This document shows positions 37,158-48,560 of a DNA stretch of 64,000 nucleotides, piece after piece. The position numbers were made by a program, and so were the translations under genes. Origin of the DNA: Eledone cirrhosa (lineage: Eukaryota); assembly GCA_964016885.1 (NCBI GenBank), contig OZ024757.1, positions 17,546,001 to 17,610,000 of the forward strand. Direction: 5' to 3'. How positions within the stretch are numbered: position 1 is the first letter of the stretch; each line of letters opens with the position of its first letter. The notes beneath the pieces are model-generated. The model was not told where the DNA came from, searched no databases, and saw only the letters and a list, made by a program, of their open reading frames with translations.

Positions 37158-37280
37158 CATGGAACTCCTTTAACCATCTTTTGATCTTATATATTATGTA
37201 TACTCCAGTCCTACAAACTGTAGAGTGCTTCTTATCCGATATCTGCATTGCTTTATTGTACTACAATAAAACTCACCTCC

Positions 37281-37319
<39 letters not shown>

Positions 37320-37580
37320 CATGTCTTATAGTATATATTTTAATATCTGATGATTCTAAAGACATGATTTATGATATAATGCTCTGATTTTTTTATTTTA
37401 ATTTATTAATTCTTCATAGAGCTTAAAAGTGAACAGTTGCAACATATATATATCTTTAACTTTATGTATATGATAACCTTTTTATATATATATATTTGCT
37501 AATATGCAAATCAGGCCGATCAGTCAATGTATATTCCAGAAAATATCATATATTTTCACTAGCTCTGACAGTTGGCGGGT

Positions 37581-37643
37581 AAACAGTAGACAGTACTGAT
37601 GAAAGGTAATTACCCAGAAACACTAGTGCCTGCCGTTCTGTTT
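37581..37643 (+). ncRNA. Degenerate minimal hammerhead (duplicate at 44357-44419)
   Basis: CTGATGA, GGT(AATT)ACC, GAAA, palindrome CACTAGTG; U16.1 replaced by C; imperfect stem I AAACAG..GTA/TGC..CTGTTT. Confidence 0.5.
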
Positions 37644-37739
37644 GTATGCCATCACAAGAGCAAGAATGAAGGAGTCATTCTACTAACATGGCTTGAGAGG
37701 CTGTTTGTATAATTGCAAACAAATTGAATATTATTATTA

Positions 37740-37930
37740 GTGGATTGGCAGTATCGGTAGAGGGTCGGACACCATGCTTTGCAGCATAGAGTTACGGCCC
37801 TTTGTGGTCTGAGTTCAAATCTCGCCGAGGTTAACTTTGCCTTTCATCCCTACGGGGTCGATAAAATAAAGTACCAGTAATACGCTGGGATAATTGCTGG
37901 CCTTGTGCCCAAAGTAGAAACAATTATTAA
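37740..37930 (+). mobile_element. Nin/Deu-domain SINE (duplicate at 44515-44705; further copy at 45140-45312)
   Basis: B box GAGTTCAAATC, GCCGAGGTTAACTTTGCCTTTCATCC, tail TAGAAACAATTATT. Confidence 0.75.
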
Positions 37931-38494
37931 TATTTGAGAAAGTCAGATTTACATTTCTTATACATATGTATATATCATCATCACCGTTTTACGTCCATTC
38001 TTCCACGCTAGCATGGGTTAGACGGGTTTTCCTGTTGTGGGCAGTGTCCGGTTGGCTGACCTTGTCTTGCTCATACGGGAACTTATTCTGGCTTGATTTC
38101 TACAGCTGGATGCCCTTTCTATAATTACTGTATCATTGAAAGGTTCCCATAATTCTATTATTTACATACATTAATATAGACTTCAAATAAATCTTTGTCA
38201 ACTTACCTTCTTCACATATAATCAATGTGTTGTGTTTGTGGGTATGGTGTGGCGTGGCGTGCGGTGGCCGGAAGCGGGGAAGTGCTCGACCGGAAGGGTG
38301 CTTGGCCAGAAGGATGCTCGACCGGAAGGGCCAGCAGAGAGCCCCTCTCTAGAGGTGACCAGCAACGGTGTGGACGCGAGTTTGGGCAGCTCCCGGTGTT
38401 AAGCAATTGGACGCACGTGGAAGAGGAGTAACCTGAAGTGGAGTTTAGCGGCGCCTGTGAAAAGCGGTAAGTGAGATAGCTTTTTCTAACCACA

Positions 38495-38506
38495 AGCTAT
38501 TTCGGC
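38495..38506 (+). promoter_or_regulatory. Primer-binding site complementary to nt 1-12 of tRNA-Phe
   Basis: AGCTATTTCGGC directly abuts the 5' LTR; its reverse complement GCCGAAATAGCT is the 5' end of metazoan tRNA-Phe(GAA), recalled from memory. Confidence 0.75.
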
Positions 38507-38615
38507 ACTGGAAACAGATTTGATTGAAAAAAAAAAAAAAAAAAAAAAAAAAGCTACTGGAAAAATAGAGAGGAGTCTGTTTTTTTTTATCACGCACCGC
38601 AAGACAAATCAGAAG

Positions 38616-39374
38616 ATGGCGACAAGACTACGAACAAGCGAAGCTATCAGGGCATTTACCGGGGAAGGTGATGATGTCGCTTGGCTGCGGAAAGTTCGGC
38701 TGGTCACAAGCTTGCAGAAGATAGATGTGGCTGGCCTCATGGCACTGTACCTTGAGGGGGACGCGTTGGTACTCTTCCTTGAGTTGGACGAACACAGCCA
38801 AAGAGATGCGCAAAAGATTGAGAGGCGCATGATAGATGCATTCGCTGAGGGAGCGTTAGCCGCTTTCGCTAAGCTGGCGAGAATTAGATGGAATGGTGAG
38901 CGCGTCGACATTTTCGCAGTGGAAATACGACGATTGGCTATGTTGGCTGGATATCAGGTGGAATGCAAACGCACGGTGCGGTTGGCGTTCATAAATGGAT
39001 TTCCAGACGACATAGCGGTGAAACTGCAGCAAGTCCCGGGTTACAAAGAAATGGAAATGCGTTCACTGGTGGAACAAGCCCGGATAATAGCAGAAGATGC
39101 CAAAAAGAGTGTCGCGGCGATAGCAACTACAGAGGATCAAGACAGCTGGCAGCGAAATGGTGAAAGGGAGGCAACCACGGCACGCGGTCGCCCGCGAACG
39201 TTTAGAGGTCGCTGTTTTCAGTGCCAGGGCCCGCACATGGCTAGAGACTGCAGAGAGTCCAGGCCGGAAATAATATGCTACCGGTGTAAGCGACCAGGCC
39301 ACATTGCTACTAACTGCGACCAGGGAAACGATCCAAGGGGAACTACTGCGCTGGTAGTTGCCCCTTACGAGTAG
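38616..39374 (+). CDS. gag: Gag with two CCHC zinc knuckles
   Basis: Open frame from AAGATGG; CFQCQGPHMARDC and CYRCKRPGHIATNC. Confidence 0.85.
   Translation: MATRLRTSEAIRAFTGEGDDVAWLRKVRLVTSLQKIDVAGLMALYLEGDALVLFLELDEHSQRDAQKIERRMIDAFAEGALAAFAKLARIRWNGERVDIFAVEIRRLAMLAGYQVECKRTVRLAFINGFPDDIAVKLQQVPGYKEMEMRSLVEQARIIAEDAKKSVAAIATTEDQDSWQRNGEREATTARGRPRTFRGRCFQCQGPHMARDCRESRPEIICYRCKRPGHIATNCDQGNDPRGTTALVVAPYE
39323..39366 (+). promoter_or_regulatory. -1 programmed ribosomal frameshift signal
   Basis: In-frame G GGA AAC, 5-nt spacer, stem AAGGGG-AACTAC/GTAGTT-G-CCCCTT; the -1 frame runs open into the protease motif ALVDTGC. Confidence 0.8.
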
Positions 39375-41934
39375 CGGTGCTGCCCGTGGTGGAAGTCTTC
39401 GTGAGGGGAAAGCCACAGCGAGCCCTCGTGGACACGGGCTGTACGACGACACTGGTGACTGCGGGGGTGGCACAGAGGTGGAGAGGGAAGAGCAGCGTAA
39501 GGGCAGTCGACGGCAGGAAAATTGAATGCTGAGGTCGCAGCGAGATGGAAATAGCTTTCTGCCATCGTAGTAGACAGCGTGGTGGATGGGATCGGCGTGG
39601 TTATGGGCATGGACGCAATTGGCCGTCTAGGAGGCGTCACAGTGAACAACGTCGGTGTGTCGTTTGGCACCGCTGCATCGGTATGCGCTGTGAGTGCGCG
39701 ACAGGAGAACCAGAAGACCCACGAGGAGAAATACCCCGCTTACACTGTGCAGGACAAAGACTTCAAGGCCGTGTTCGATGGGCAGAGATGGGTTGTTGAG
39801 TGGTACTGGAAGGGAGAACCACCAACACTGAAGACCAAAGTGGGCTGCTATCAACACATTGAAGGGAAGCATTAGGAGCGAGAGGTAGAGAGATGGATTG
39901 AGGAGGGCATACTGCTTCCCTGGAAAGAGGAGGTGAAGTGCGGAGTATTGCCGTTATTGGCGGTGGCGAGGTCACGGATGTCTGTGGGGAAACCCTGCGT
40001 GAGTGGAGACGCATGACGGGGAGTTCAGCAATCGTAGATCTAAAGTTGGCATACTTGCAATTGCATATAGACGAGAAGCTCTGGCAGTATCAGCTGGTCA
40101 GGTATAAGGGCCGGACATATTGCCTGACCAGGCTCGGTTTCGGACTGAGCTCCGCACCGAAGATCATGGCGGCGGTCCTCAAGACCATTCTGGGAAAGGC
40201 CGACAAGATGAAGAGGGCCACTAACTCCTATATTGACGACATCCTAGTGGACGAGTCTGTGGTGTTGGCGGCAGAGGTCACTAGCCATTTACAGGGGTAT
40301 GGACTGGCTGCGAAGCCGTCAGAAGCGTTGGAGGGAGGAGCTGCGCTGGGACTTAGGCTACGGCGAGACAGGACGGGCGTCTTGGTATTCCAGAGGGGAA
40401 ATGAAGTTCCAGAACTGGGCCCAAGTATGAGTAGGCGGGAGCTTTTCTCGGTGTGGGTCAGATTGCTGGGTGGCTCAGGACGGCACGCAGCTATGTCAAG
40501 AGACGAGCGGGAGGAGTAACTTGGAGTTACAGAGTGGGAGAGAGGACGGTGGCCATGATGCAGGAGATCGTGGGGAGGGTGAAGGCCGACGACCCAGTGC
40601 GGGGATGCTGGTATGTTCCCAAACCACAGAGCAGGACCGTATGGTGCGATGCCAGCAGCATAGCGCTGGGTGTGACGTTGGAGATAGGTGGTGTTGAGGT
40701 CGAGGATGCAGCCTGGCTTAGGAAGAAGGACGACTGCAACCACATCAATGTGGCCGAACTGGACGCAGTGTTGAGAGGGGTGAACCTCGCCCTGAGGTGG
40801 GGACTACGCACCATCGAGATACGCACCGACTCGGCTACTGTACTCGGATGGGTAAGATCAGTGCTCACCAGTGAGAAGAGAGTGCGAAAGAGAGGGGCGG
40901 CGGAGATGCTGATAAAGCCCCGCCTGGGAACTTTAGGAGAGCTGGCCACTGAGTTCGACCTGAGGCTGAGCATAGTTTTCGTGCCCTCAGAGAAAAATAG
41001 GGTGGACATCTTAACTTGGGTGAAGAAAGCCTGGATGGAAGCGCCGGAGGAGGTAGATGAGATAGCTGCCGTGTGTCGGCTGACCGAGTCGGATCTGAAA
41101 GGGTTGCATGACATGCACCACATGGGAGTGGATAGGAGCCTGTTCCTAGCCAGGAGAATCGACTCGGACGTTAACAGACACAGTGTTCAAAGGGTGGTTA
41201 GCGGCTGTGTCCGATGTCAGTCCATTGATCCCGCCCCGGGTGTACACGAAACGGGAAGCCTCCCGGTGGATCGCGACTGGAAGCGATTGGCGGTGGCTGT
41301 AACGCACTACCGACAGGGAACATACCTCTCAATGGTCGACTGTGGACCGACACGGATGGCGATATGGAGGGAGATGAAGACTGGAACGGCCGAGGAAATC
41401 ACGCGGACGTTGAGAGAGGTGTTCTTGGAGCGGGTCCCTGTGGACGAACTGCTGATGGACAATAGCGCAGCGTTCCGCTCGGAGGCGCTGAGGGAGATGC
41501 TCGATGGATGGAAGGTGGACTGTTTCTTCAGAGCAGCGCACAGGCCGAGCGGGAATGGAATTGTGGAGCGACACCACCGGACGATCAAGGCAATGGCGGA
41601 GCGGGGCCATATTTCACCAATGGAGGCAGTGTTCTGGTATAACATGTCCCCTCGGGTGTGACAGGTCAAGGAATCGGTGCCACACAGAGCAGTATTCAGA
41701 TACGAGTGGCGGCACCTGTGCACGCCACCACAACGGCCAGTGGGGAGAGAGAGTGCATTCGTGCAGGTGGGCGAAGAAGTCTGGGTTAAGCCCCCAGATG
41801 CACGTTGCACATCTCAATGGGGAAGGGGAACGGTGGCGGCCGTAAATTCACAGAATAATGTGTCCGTAGACGGAGTACCACGTCATGTCCTGAATGTCCG
41901 TAGAATCACTGTGTCAACGGACTCCGAGGAATAG
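39323..41934 (+). pseudogene. pol: pol (protease, RT, RNase H, integrase), disrupted
   Basis: DTG; VDLKLAYLQ, GFGLSSAP, YIDD; CDAS, HINVAEL, TDS; HH..CxxC, LMDNS, NGIVER; stops near 39530, 39873 and 41659; apparent RT deletion near 39965; first integrase Asp reads Ala. Confidence 0.9.
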
Positions 41935-42305
41935 GAAACCCAAAGTGCTGCCCCAACACTGCGGAGATCGCAAAGAAGTCGTAAACCACCAACCTGGACA
42001 GCAGTCTTTCATATGCAGAAGGACGAGGGGGAAATTGATCCTTGAGATCAGGGGGGCGTGTGGGTATGGTGTGGCGTGCGTTGGCCGGAAGCGGGGAAGT
42101 GCTCGACCGGAAGGGCCAGCAGAGGGCCTCTCTAGTGGTGACCAGCAACGGTGTGGACGCGAGTTTTGGCAGCTCCCGGTGTTAAGCAGTTGGACGCACG
42201 TGGAAGAGGAGTAACCTGAAGTGGAGTTTAGCGGCGCCTATGAAAAGCGGTAAGTGAGATAGCTTTTTCTAATCTAACCACACCAACAAACCTAAATAAA
42301 TATAT

Positions 42306-44056
42306 CATCATCATCATCATCATTTTACGTCCACTTTTTCCTGCTTGCAAGGGTGGGACGGGTCTTATTCAGCACAGCATCTCTCCACTCGTCATCTCCA
42401 CCGTGAGGTTCAATGATCTGAGGTCTGTTCTCACCACCTCCGCCCATGTTTTTCGTGGTCTACCTCTACCACGTCTTCCTTCAACTGGCAATTCCTGGCA
42501 CTTCTTCACCCATCGGTCATCCTCCATGCGCATCACATGTCCATACCACCTCAGTCTCCTCTCCCATACACTACATTCTATCCCTCTCAGACACAGTTTC
42601 TCTCTCAACACATTTATGCTGAGTCGTTCACGCACATTTACACTGCACATCCAACGGAGCATGCTTGCCTCATTTCTCTCCAGCCGTCGCATATCCTCTG
42701 CAGTTGCTGCCCATGTCTCACTACCATGCAGCATCGCGCTCCTCACACAGGCATCATACAACCGGCCTTTCGTACGCAGAGAGAAACCCTTCTTCGTCAA
42801 CAGAGGAAGCAGCTCCCAAAACTTCTTCCAACCCGTCCTTATTCTAGATACTATGGCCTCGGAACACCCTCCTCCCATGCTAATCTGATCTCCTAGGTAC
42901 CGGAAGCTATCCACCACTTCTATAGCGCCCTCTTGCATTTGAAAAATGTGTCTATCAGTGCGACTTCTACTGTCTAATTTCCCTGTACATCTATTGCATA
43001 CATATTTCTCCCTACCTGTTAGTTTGCCTGCTATCCTGCTACATCTCTTGTGTACCCAGGATCTGCATTGTGTGCATTTTATAGAATTTATGCCAGTTCC
43101 TTTTCTGCATATCGAACATGGCCATTTCTCTGATGGAATCGGAGTATTGTCCTCTCTTCTACTCATCAACACTTTTGTCTTAGCTAGATTCACTCTCAGT
43201 CCTCTTGCTTCCAACTGCTGTTTCCATAGCCAGAATTTATTCTCTAGCTCCTCTACTGATTCTGCTATAAGAACCAGATCGTCAGCATAGAGAAGTTCCC
43301 ATGGACAGCCAGTCTTAAACTCCTCTGTTATGGCTTGGAGGACTATAATGAACAAGAGCAGGCTGAGGACCGAACCCTGATGTACTCCTACTTGTATCTG
43401 GAATTCCTCACTAAACTCCATTCCTACCCTGACTTTACTGAGAGTACCTCTGTACAAAGTTTGCACTGTCCTCACAAGCCATTCCTCAACACCTAGCTTC
43501 CTTAGGGACCACCAGATGACAGATCGGGGTACCCTATCAAAAGCCTTCTCTAGGTCAACAAAGGCTAAGTATAGTGGCTTATTCTTCTCTAAGAACCTCT
43601 CTTGCAATTGTCTCACCAAGAAGAGGGCATCTGTTTTACTCTTCCCAGGCACAAAACCAAACTGCATCTCATCTAGTTTGACCCTTTCTCTAATTAGTTG
43701 TGCTAAAATCCTTTCTGCCACTTTCATAACCTGTTCTATCAGTTTTATACCCCTATAATTGCTCCTCTCCAAAGCATCCCCTTTACCTTTGTAGCAATTT
43801 ATGAGAATACTGCTGCACCAGTCTTTGGGTATGACACCACCATATATAGCCTGATTGATGATGCGTGCAACCAGTTTAGTGCCTACGTCCCCTGATGCCT
43901 TCAGCATCTCAGCAACTATTCCTGATGGTCCGGCAGCCTTACCATTTTTCAGTTCCCTAATCGCCTCTTGGACCCTATATTCGTCAATCTCAATAGCTGG
44001 TCCCTCTGTCGGATCTACCAAGGGTAATTTCTCTCTCTCCCATTTGTTCTCCACAC
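42306..44056 (-). mobile_element. 5'-truncated RTE-A with a 561-aa open RT frame
   Basis: All RT motifs incl. YADD; (CAT)n tail; sits in a (TA)n that is empty in the duplicate at 36690. Confidence 0.93.
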
Positions 44057-44199
44057 ATATATATACTTACAGTAAATATTGATCCAATTCAATTCAAGTA
44101 TTCCATATAGGGATGTTGGAGTATATTTAGAATAAGAAAATATGAAGTAGTTTCAGATGTTAAAGTCCTTTACTGATAAGAATGTGATACATATGTCAA

Positions 44200-44274
<75 letters not shown>

Positions 44275-45364
44275 CTAATATGCAAATCAGGCCGATCAGT
44301 CACTGTATATTCCAGAAAATATCATATATTTTCACTAGCTCTGACAGTTGGCGGGTAAACAGTAGACAGTACTGATGAAAGGTAATTACCCAGAAACACT
44401 AGTGCCTGCCGTTCTGTTTGTATGCCATCACAAGAGCAAGAATGAAGGAGTCATTCTACTAACATGGCTTGAGAGGCTGTTTGTATAATTGCAAACAAAT
44501 TGAATATTATTATTAGTGGATTGGCAGTATCGGTAGAGGGTCGGACACCATGCTTTGCAGCATAGAGTTACGGCCCTTTGTGGTCTGAGTTCAAATCTCG
44601 CCGAGGTTAACTTTGCCTTTCATCCCTACGGGGTCGATAAAATAAAGTACCAGTAATACGCTGGGATAATTGCTGGCCTTGTGCCTAAAGTAGAAACAGT
44701 TATTAATATTTGAGAAAGTCAGATTTACGTTTCTTATACATATATATATATATCATCATCATCATCATCACCGTTTTACGTCCATTCTTCCACGCTAGCA
44801 TGGGTTAGACGGGTTTTCCTGTTGTGGGCAGTGTCCGGTTGGCTGACCTTGTCTTGCTCATACGGGAACTTATTCTGGCTTGATTTCTACAGCTGGATGC
44901 CCTTTCTATAATTACTGTATCATTGAAAGGTTCCCATAATTCTATTATTTACATATATTAATATAGACTTCAAATAAATCTTTGTCAACTTACCTTCTTC
45001 ACATATAATCAATGTGTTGTGTTGATAATTTTTACTAAGCAACACAAGAAATAATCTCTTTGTTGTTAAATTAGCAGTTGCAATGATTTTATCAGCTTTA
45101 TTTCACGACATTAACGCTGGTGTATCTTCTTCATGGCACTATCAGTAGAGGGTCGGACGCCATGCTTTCCAGCATAGTTATGTCCCTTTACGATCTGAGT
45201 TCAAATCCCGCCGAGGTTGACTTTGCCTTTCATCCTTACGGGGTCGATAAAATAAAGTACCAGTAATGCACTGGGTAATTGCTGGCCTTGTGCCTACAGT
45301 AGAAACAATTATTGTTTAACGTCTATCTTCCACGCTAGCATGGGTTTAGACGGGAATTGTCCCA

Positions 45365-45528
45365 CACAACATACATACATGTACTCACACACACATATAT
45401 ATACACACACATATATATATATACACAGCATGCATACATGTACACACACACCTATATATACACAGCATACTTATGTGTACACACACACACACACTTATAT
45501 ACACACACATATATATATACACACTCAC

Positions 45529-45561
<33 letters not shown>

Positions 45562-45720
45562 GATATATATATATACACAGCATGCATACATGTCCACATA
45601 CTATATATACATAGCATACATACATGTACACACACACCTCTATATACATACATATATTTATTATGATATACACACATATACCAATTATATATTAAACTAC
45701 ACACACACATATATATATAT
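45365..45720. repeat. (CA/TA)n low-complexity tract
   Basis: Seen directly. Confidence 0.85.
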
Positions 45721-45819
45721 GGTGGCTGCCAACTCGTTTTCGAGTACGGCCACTACTTTATATCCATCTAGGAGAACCCCTACCGATGCGCTGAACGAGT
45801 GTGACTTTTTAGTCCAGCC

Positions 45820-46110
45820 AGTGACTTGAAAATTCTGGTACAAACACTACACCTGTGACAATTATTGACACATAGTACTGGGCCCATGGTACCATGTGAT
45901 GACAAGTGCAGAGAGATCTCCAGATATAAAGCAATGCCTGTGCCGTGAAGCTTTTATAGTGAGCAAAGGCACTGCACAAAGCCAGTCCCACTCTCTTTAC
46001 CAAGATGATATTTACCAAAAAGAAGAACAAGTCAACATCATTGGATACCATCAGGGTTGCAGGTGTTATATCAGAGTTTTCCTTCTCATAGAATTCTGCC
46101 TTGACAAAGG
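45820..46110 (-). mobile_element. Possible decayed Penelope RT fragment
   Basis: EFYEKENSDITPATLMVSNDVDLF resembles the Penelope xVSFDVxSLF motif; HGTMGPVL follows in another frame. Confidence 0.35.
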
Positions 46111-46642
46111 CTAAGGGGTCATCTCTCCCAGTGATTTTGGATGGCCATTGACTCTTAAGAGCTCATTTGCCCTTTGACAGGTTTTGTTTTTAGTCCTGCA
46201 GGATGTCCAAAGTCACTCTCCTCACCAAGAAACATTGGTGGGGTTGCCAGTTTAGTCGCCAACGACCCGGATACATGTTACCAGTAGCACCAACTGGTGA
46301 CCTGACATAAGTATATGTGTGTATGTATATATATATATACATACACACGCAAATATATATATATATGTGTGTATACATATACAGAGATTCCGAAGAGATA
46401 TAGGTGTAAATGATATTTACAGCTTATTCAGACCAGTTACAACCCCGCCAACCTCCAGCCCCTAACTACTATCCCCCATCATTCTTTAGGACCAGAGGAG
46501 GTGGCAGCAGTGACTGTAGGTTAAGCTGAGGGCGGGGACATGTTTATTTAATCAATCATCTTGTATTTATTTATAGTTGTCTTGTATTTGTTTATAGTTG
46601 TCTTGTTTGTTTATTGTTTCTTTCCATTCTGCAGTGGGTTTT

Positions 46643-46657
46643 TATACACACACACAC

Positions 46658-46706
<49 letters not shown>

Positions 46707-46721
46707 CACACATATATATAT

Positions 46722-46762
<41 letters not shown>

Positions 46763-46767
46763 TATAT

Positions 46768-46806
<39 letters not shown>

Positions 46807-46811
46807 TATAT

Positions 46812-46856
<45 letters not shown>

Positions 46857-46888
46857 TATATACACATATATATATATATATATATATA
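46643..46888. repeat. (CA)n/(TA)n compound microsatellite
   Basis: Seen directly. Confidence 0.95.
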
Positions 46889-47899
46889 GTATATTTAAAA
46901 TTTCATACAGTTATCATGTATGCGCAACCTTTGGTTTCGGGGTCCAGTTATGGCCACCACTGTTTAGGATTGGGTGGTCTCTCATTTTCGTTAATTAATT
47001 TTATTATTTTCTATTGCAAAAAATTACATAATCAAATAAAAATTTGTTTAATAAACTTTATATCATAACAATTATACTAAATAAAAATTTTCACTGCGAA
47101 AATACGAAAATTTGACTGGGAATGTGTGGCTAACTTTGAAAGAAAGCACGTGTTGTAATGAAGACCGGGAAATTTGACGTCCACGTAATTATTTCATAAT
47201 TGAAATATTATATTAACTACCTCAACGTCCATAAGTAATTTATTTAACCAATATGATTTACAAATGAATATATATATATAGAGAGAGAGAGATAAATTAG
47301 TTATAGAAATAAGGAAAGGAAAAAATTACAAACAAAACGTGAGAAGACAGACACACCTCCAATTACACATTACAACAGAAAATATTGGTGTTTCCTTCTA
47401 AATATTTTTAATGGCAAGCCAAAGCATTCACGTAATTGTCGCAGGTAATAGTGAAACTAAGGTTCTGTAATATTCACGTATATTTATTAGTATTGTGTAA
47501 TATTTTATTACATTTATTATTATTGTGTAATATTTTAGTAAAACGAGCCACCAACAACGATAGAACTTCGTTGTCAGCCACCGCAGCGACCATAAACTTC
47601 TTGAATACAAATGTGAGTTAATGTAATTTATTTTTTTCCCTTCTTTTATATAGTGGCATTTGTCTAGGGTCTTTGATAACATTTATTTAATCTTTTCTTT
47701 ATTTATAGTGTGTTTTGGTGGGTGGTGCCGGGTGTAATATTATTTTTTTATGGCGGCCTTGGCCTCCGGACCCCCATCTCACTAGCTTTGCCGGCGTATC
47801 TTTCGTCGGTAACCTCGTCCTCGTCAGCAGGGTTCTTCAAAACACAATAGAACCCTCTGTGTTCAGAGAACGTGAGGCCGCCTGTGAGACGTGAGGCCG

Positions 47900-48560
47900 C
47901 CTGTGAGACGTGGGACCGGCTGGGACTTAGCTCAGTAGACGTCCATCCTCACACCAACGCACTTGGGATGCCAACCAATGCAGCTGGCCTCAGACAGGCT
48001 CACGCACCAGCACCGCCTTGCTTGTTTTCGTGCGGCCTCCAAACCTCACAGTGGTGCCTGGCTCCATGCCCTGCCCTCCTTCTCCACTGGCACGCAGCTA
48101 GACAACCATAGCCTGCGCATCGGCGTCTCCCTGAGGCTCGGCCTCCGGATCTGCCAGCCACACCAATGTCGCTGCGGTTCCACTGTGGACTCTTTCGGCC
48201 TCCACCCGCTTTCCTGTTGCCACAGTGCCAGCCACATTCCACGCCATGCTGTCCTCAACAAGGTCATTAAGCATGGCTTGGACGCTGCAGGCTTCCCTTC
48301 CTGCACGTCGGGCTGAGGGAGCCAAACTCCTCAAATACCAGTTGCTCTCCGACAGGTTTGCAGTCGTACCCGTGGCAGTGGAGACTTCTGGTGTCCTCGG
48401 CCCCAGGGCTACCTCCTTACTCACCACCATAGGCGCTGAGCTGGCCAGCCGCAGGTGTGAGCCCTGCGAGTTCGAGTACTTTTCCAGCGCATCTCCCTTG
48501 CCGTACTTCGGGGAAACGCCTTCTCCATTCTGTCCGCTGGGGTTGTGGGTGGGCCCCATC
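47900..48560 (+). mobile_element. CRE-clade LINE 3' fragment (Zn knuckle + restriction-like endonuclease region)
   Basis: HSGAWLHALP, LRLG, CRCG..HPLSC, RHAVLN, KLLKY..PVAVETSG. Confidence 0.8.

Larger units (their letters stand above)
36872..37192. repeat. Foldback palindrome, 153-bp arms, 15-nt spacer
   Basis: 36872-37024 is the reverse complement of 37040-37192; no mismatch found by eye. Confidence 0.95.
38237..42282 (+). mobile_element. Compact LTR retrotransposon (gag, PR-RT-RH-IN order), defective
   Basis: LTRs 38237-38494 and 42059-42282 (TGT...ACA), PPT AGGGGGGCG at 42050-42058, internal gag and pol. Confidence 0.95.

Noticed and set aside
38495-38506. Tf1-style self-priming PBS
   Set aside because: The only LTR complement is an imperfect one in U5 next to the PBS, not near a plausible transcript 5' end; the tRNA-Phe match is perfect. 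Not formally excluded.
38520-38615. Poly-Lys N-terminal extension of Gag in the ORF track
   Set aside because: TTG start running through an A-tract leader; the ATG at 38616 has a good context.
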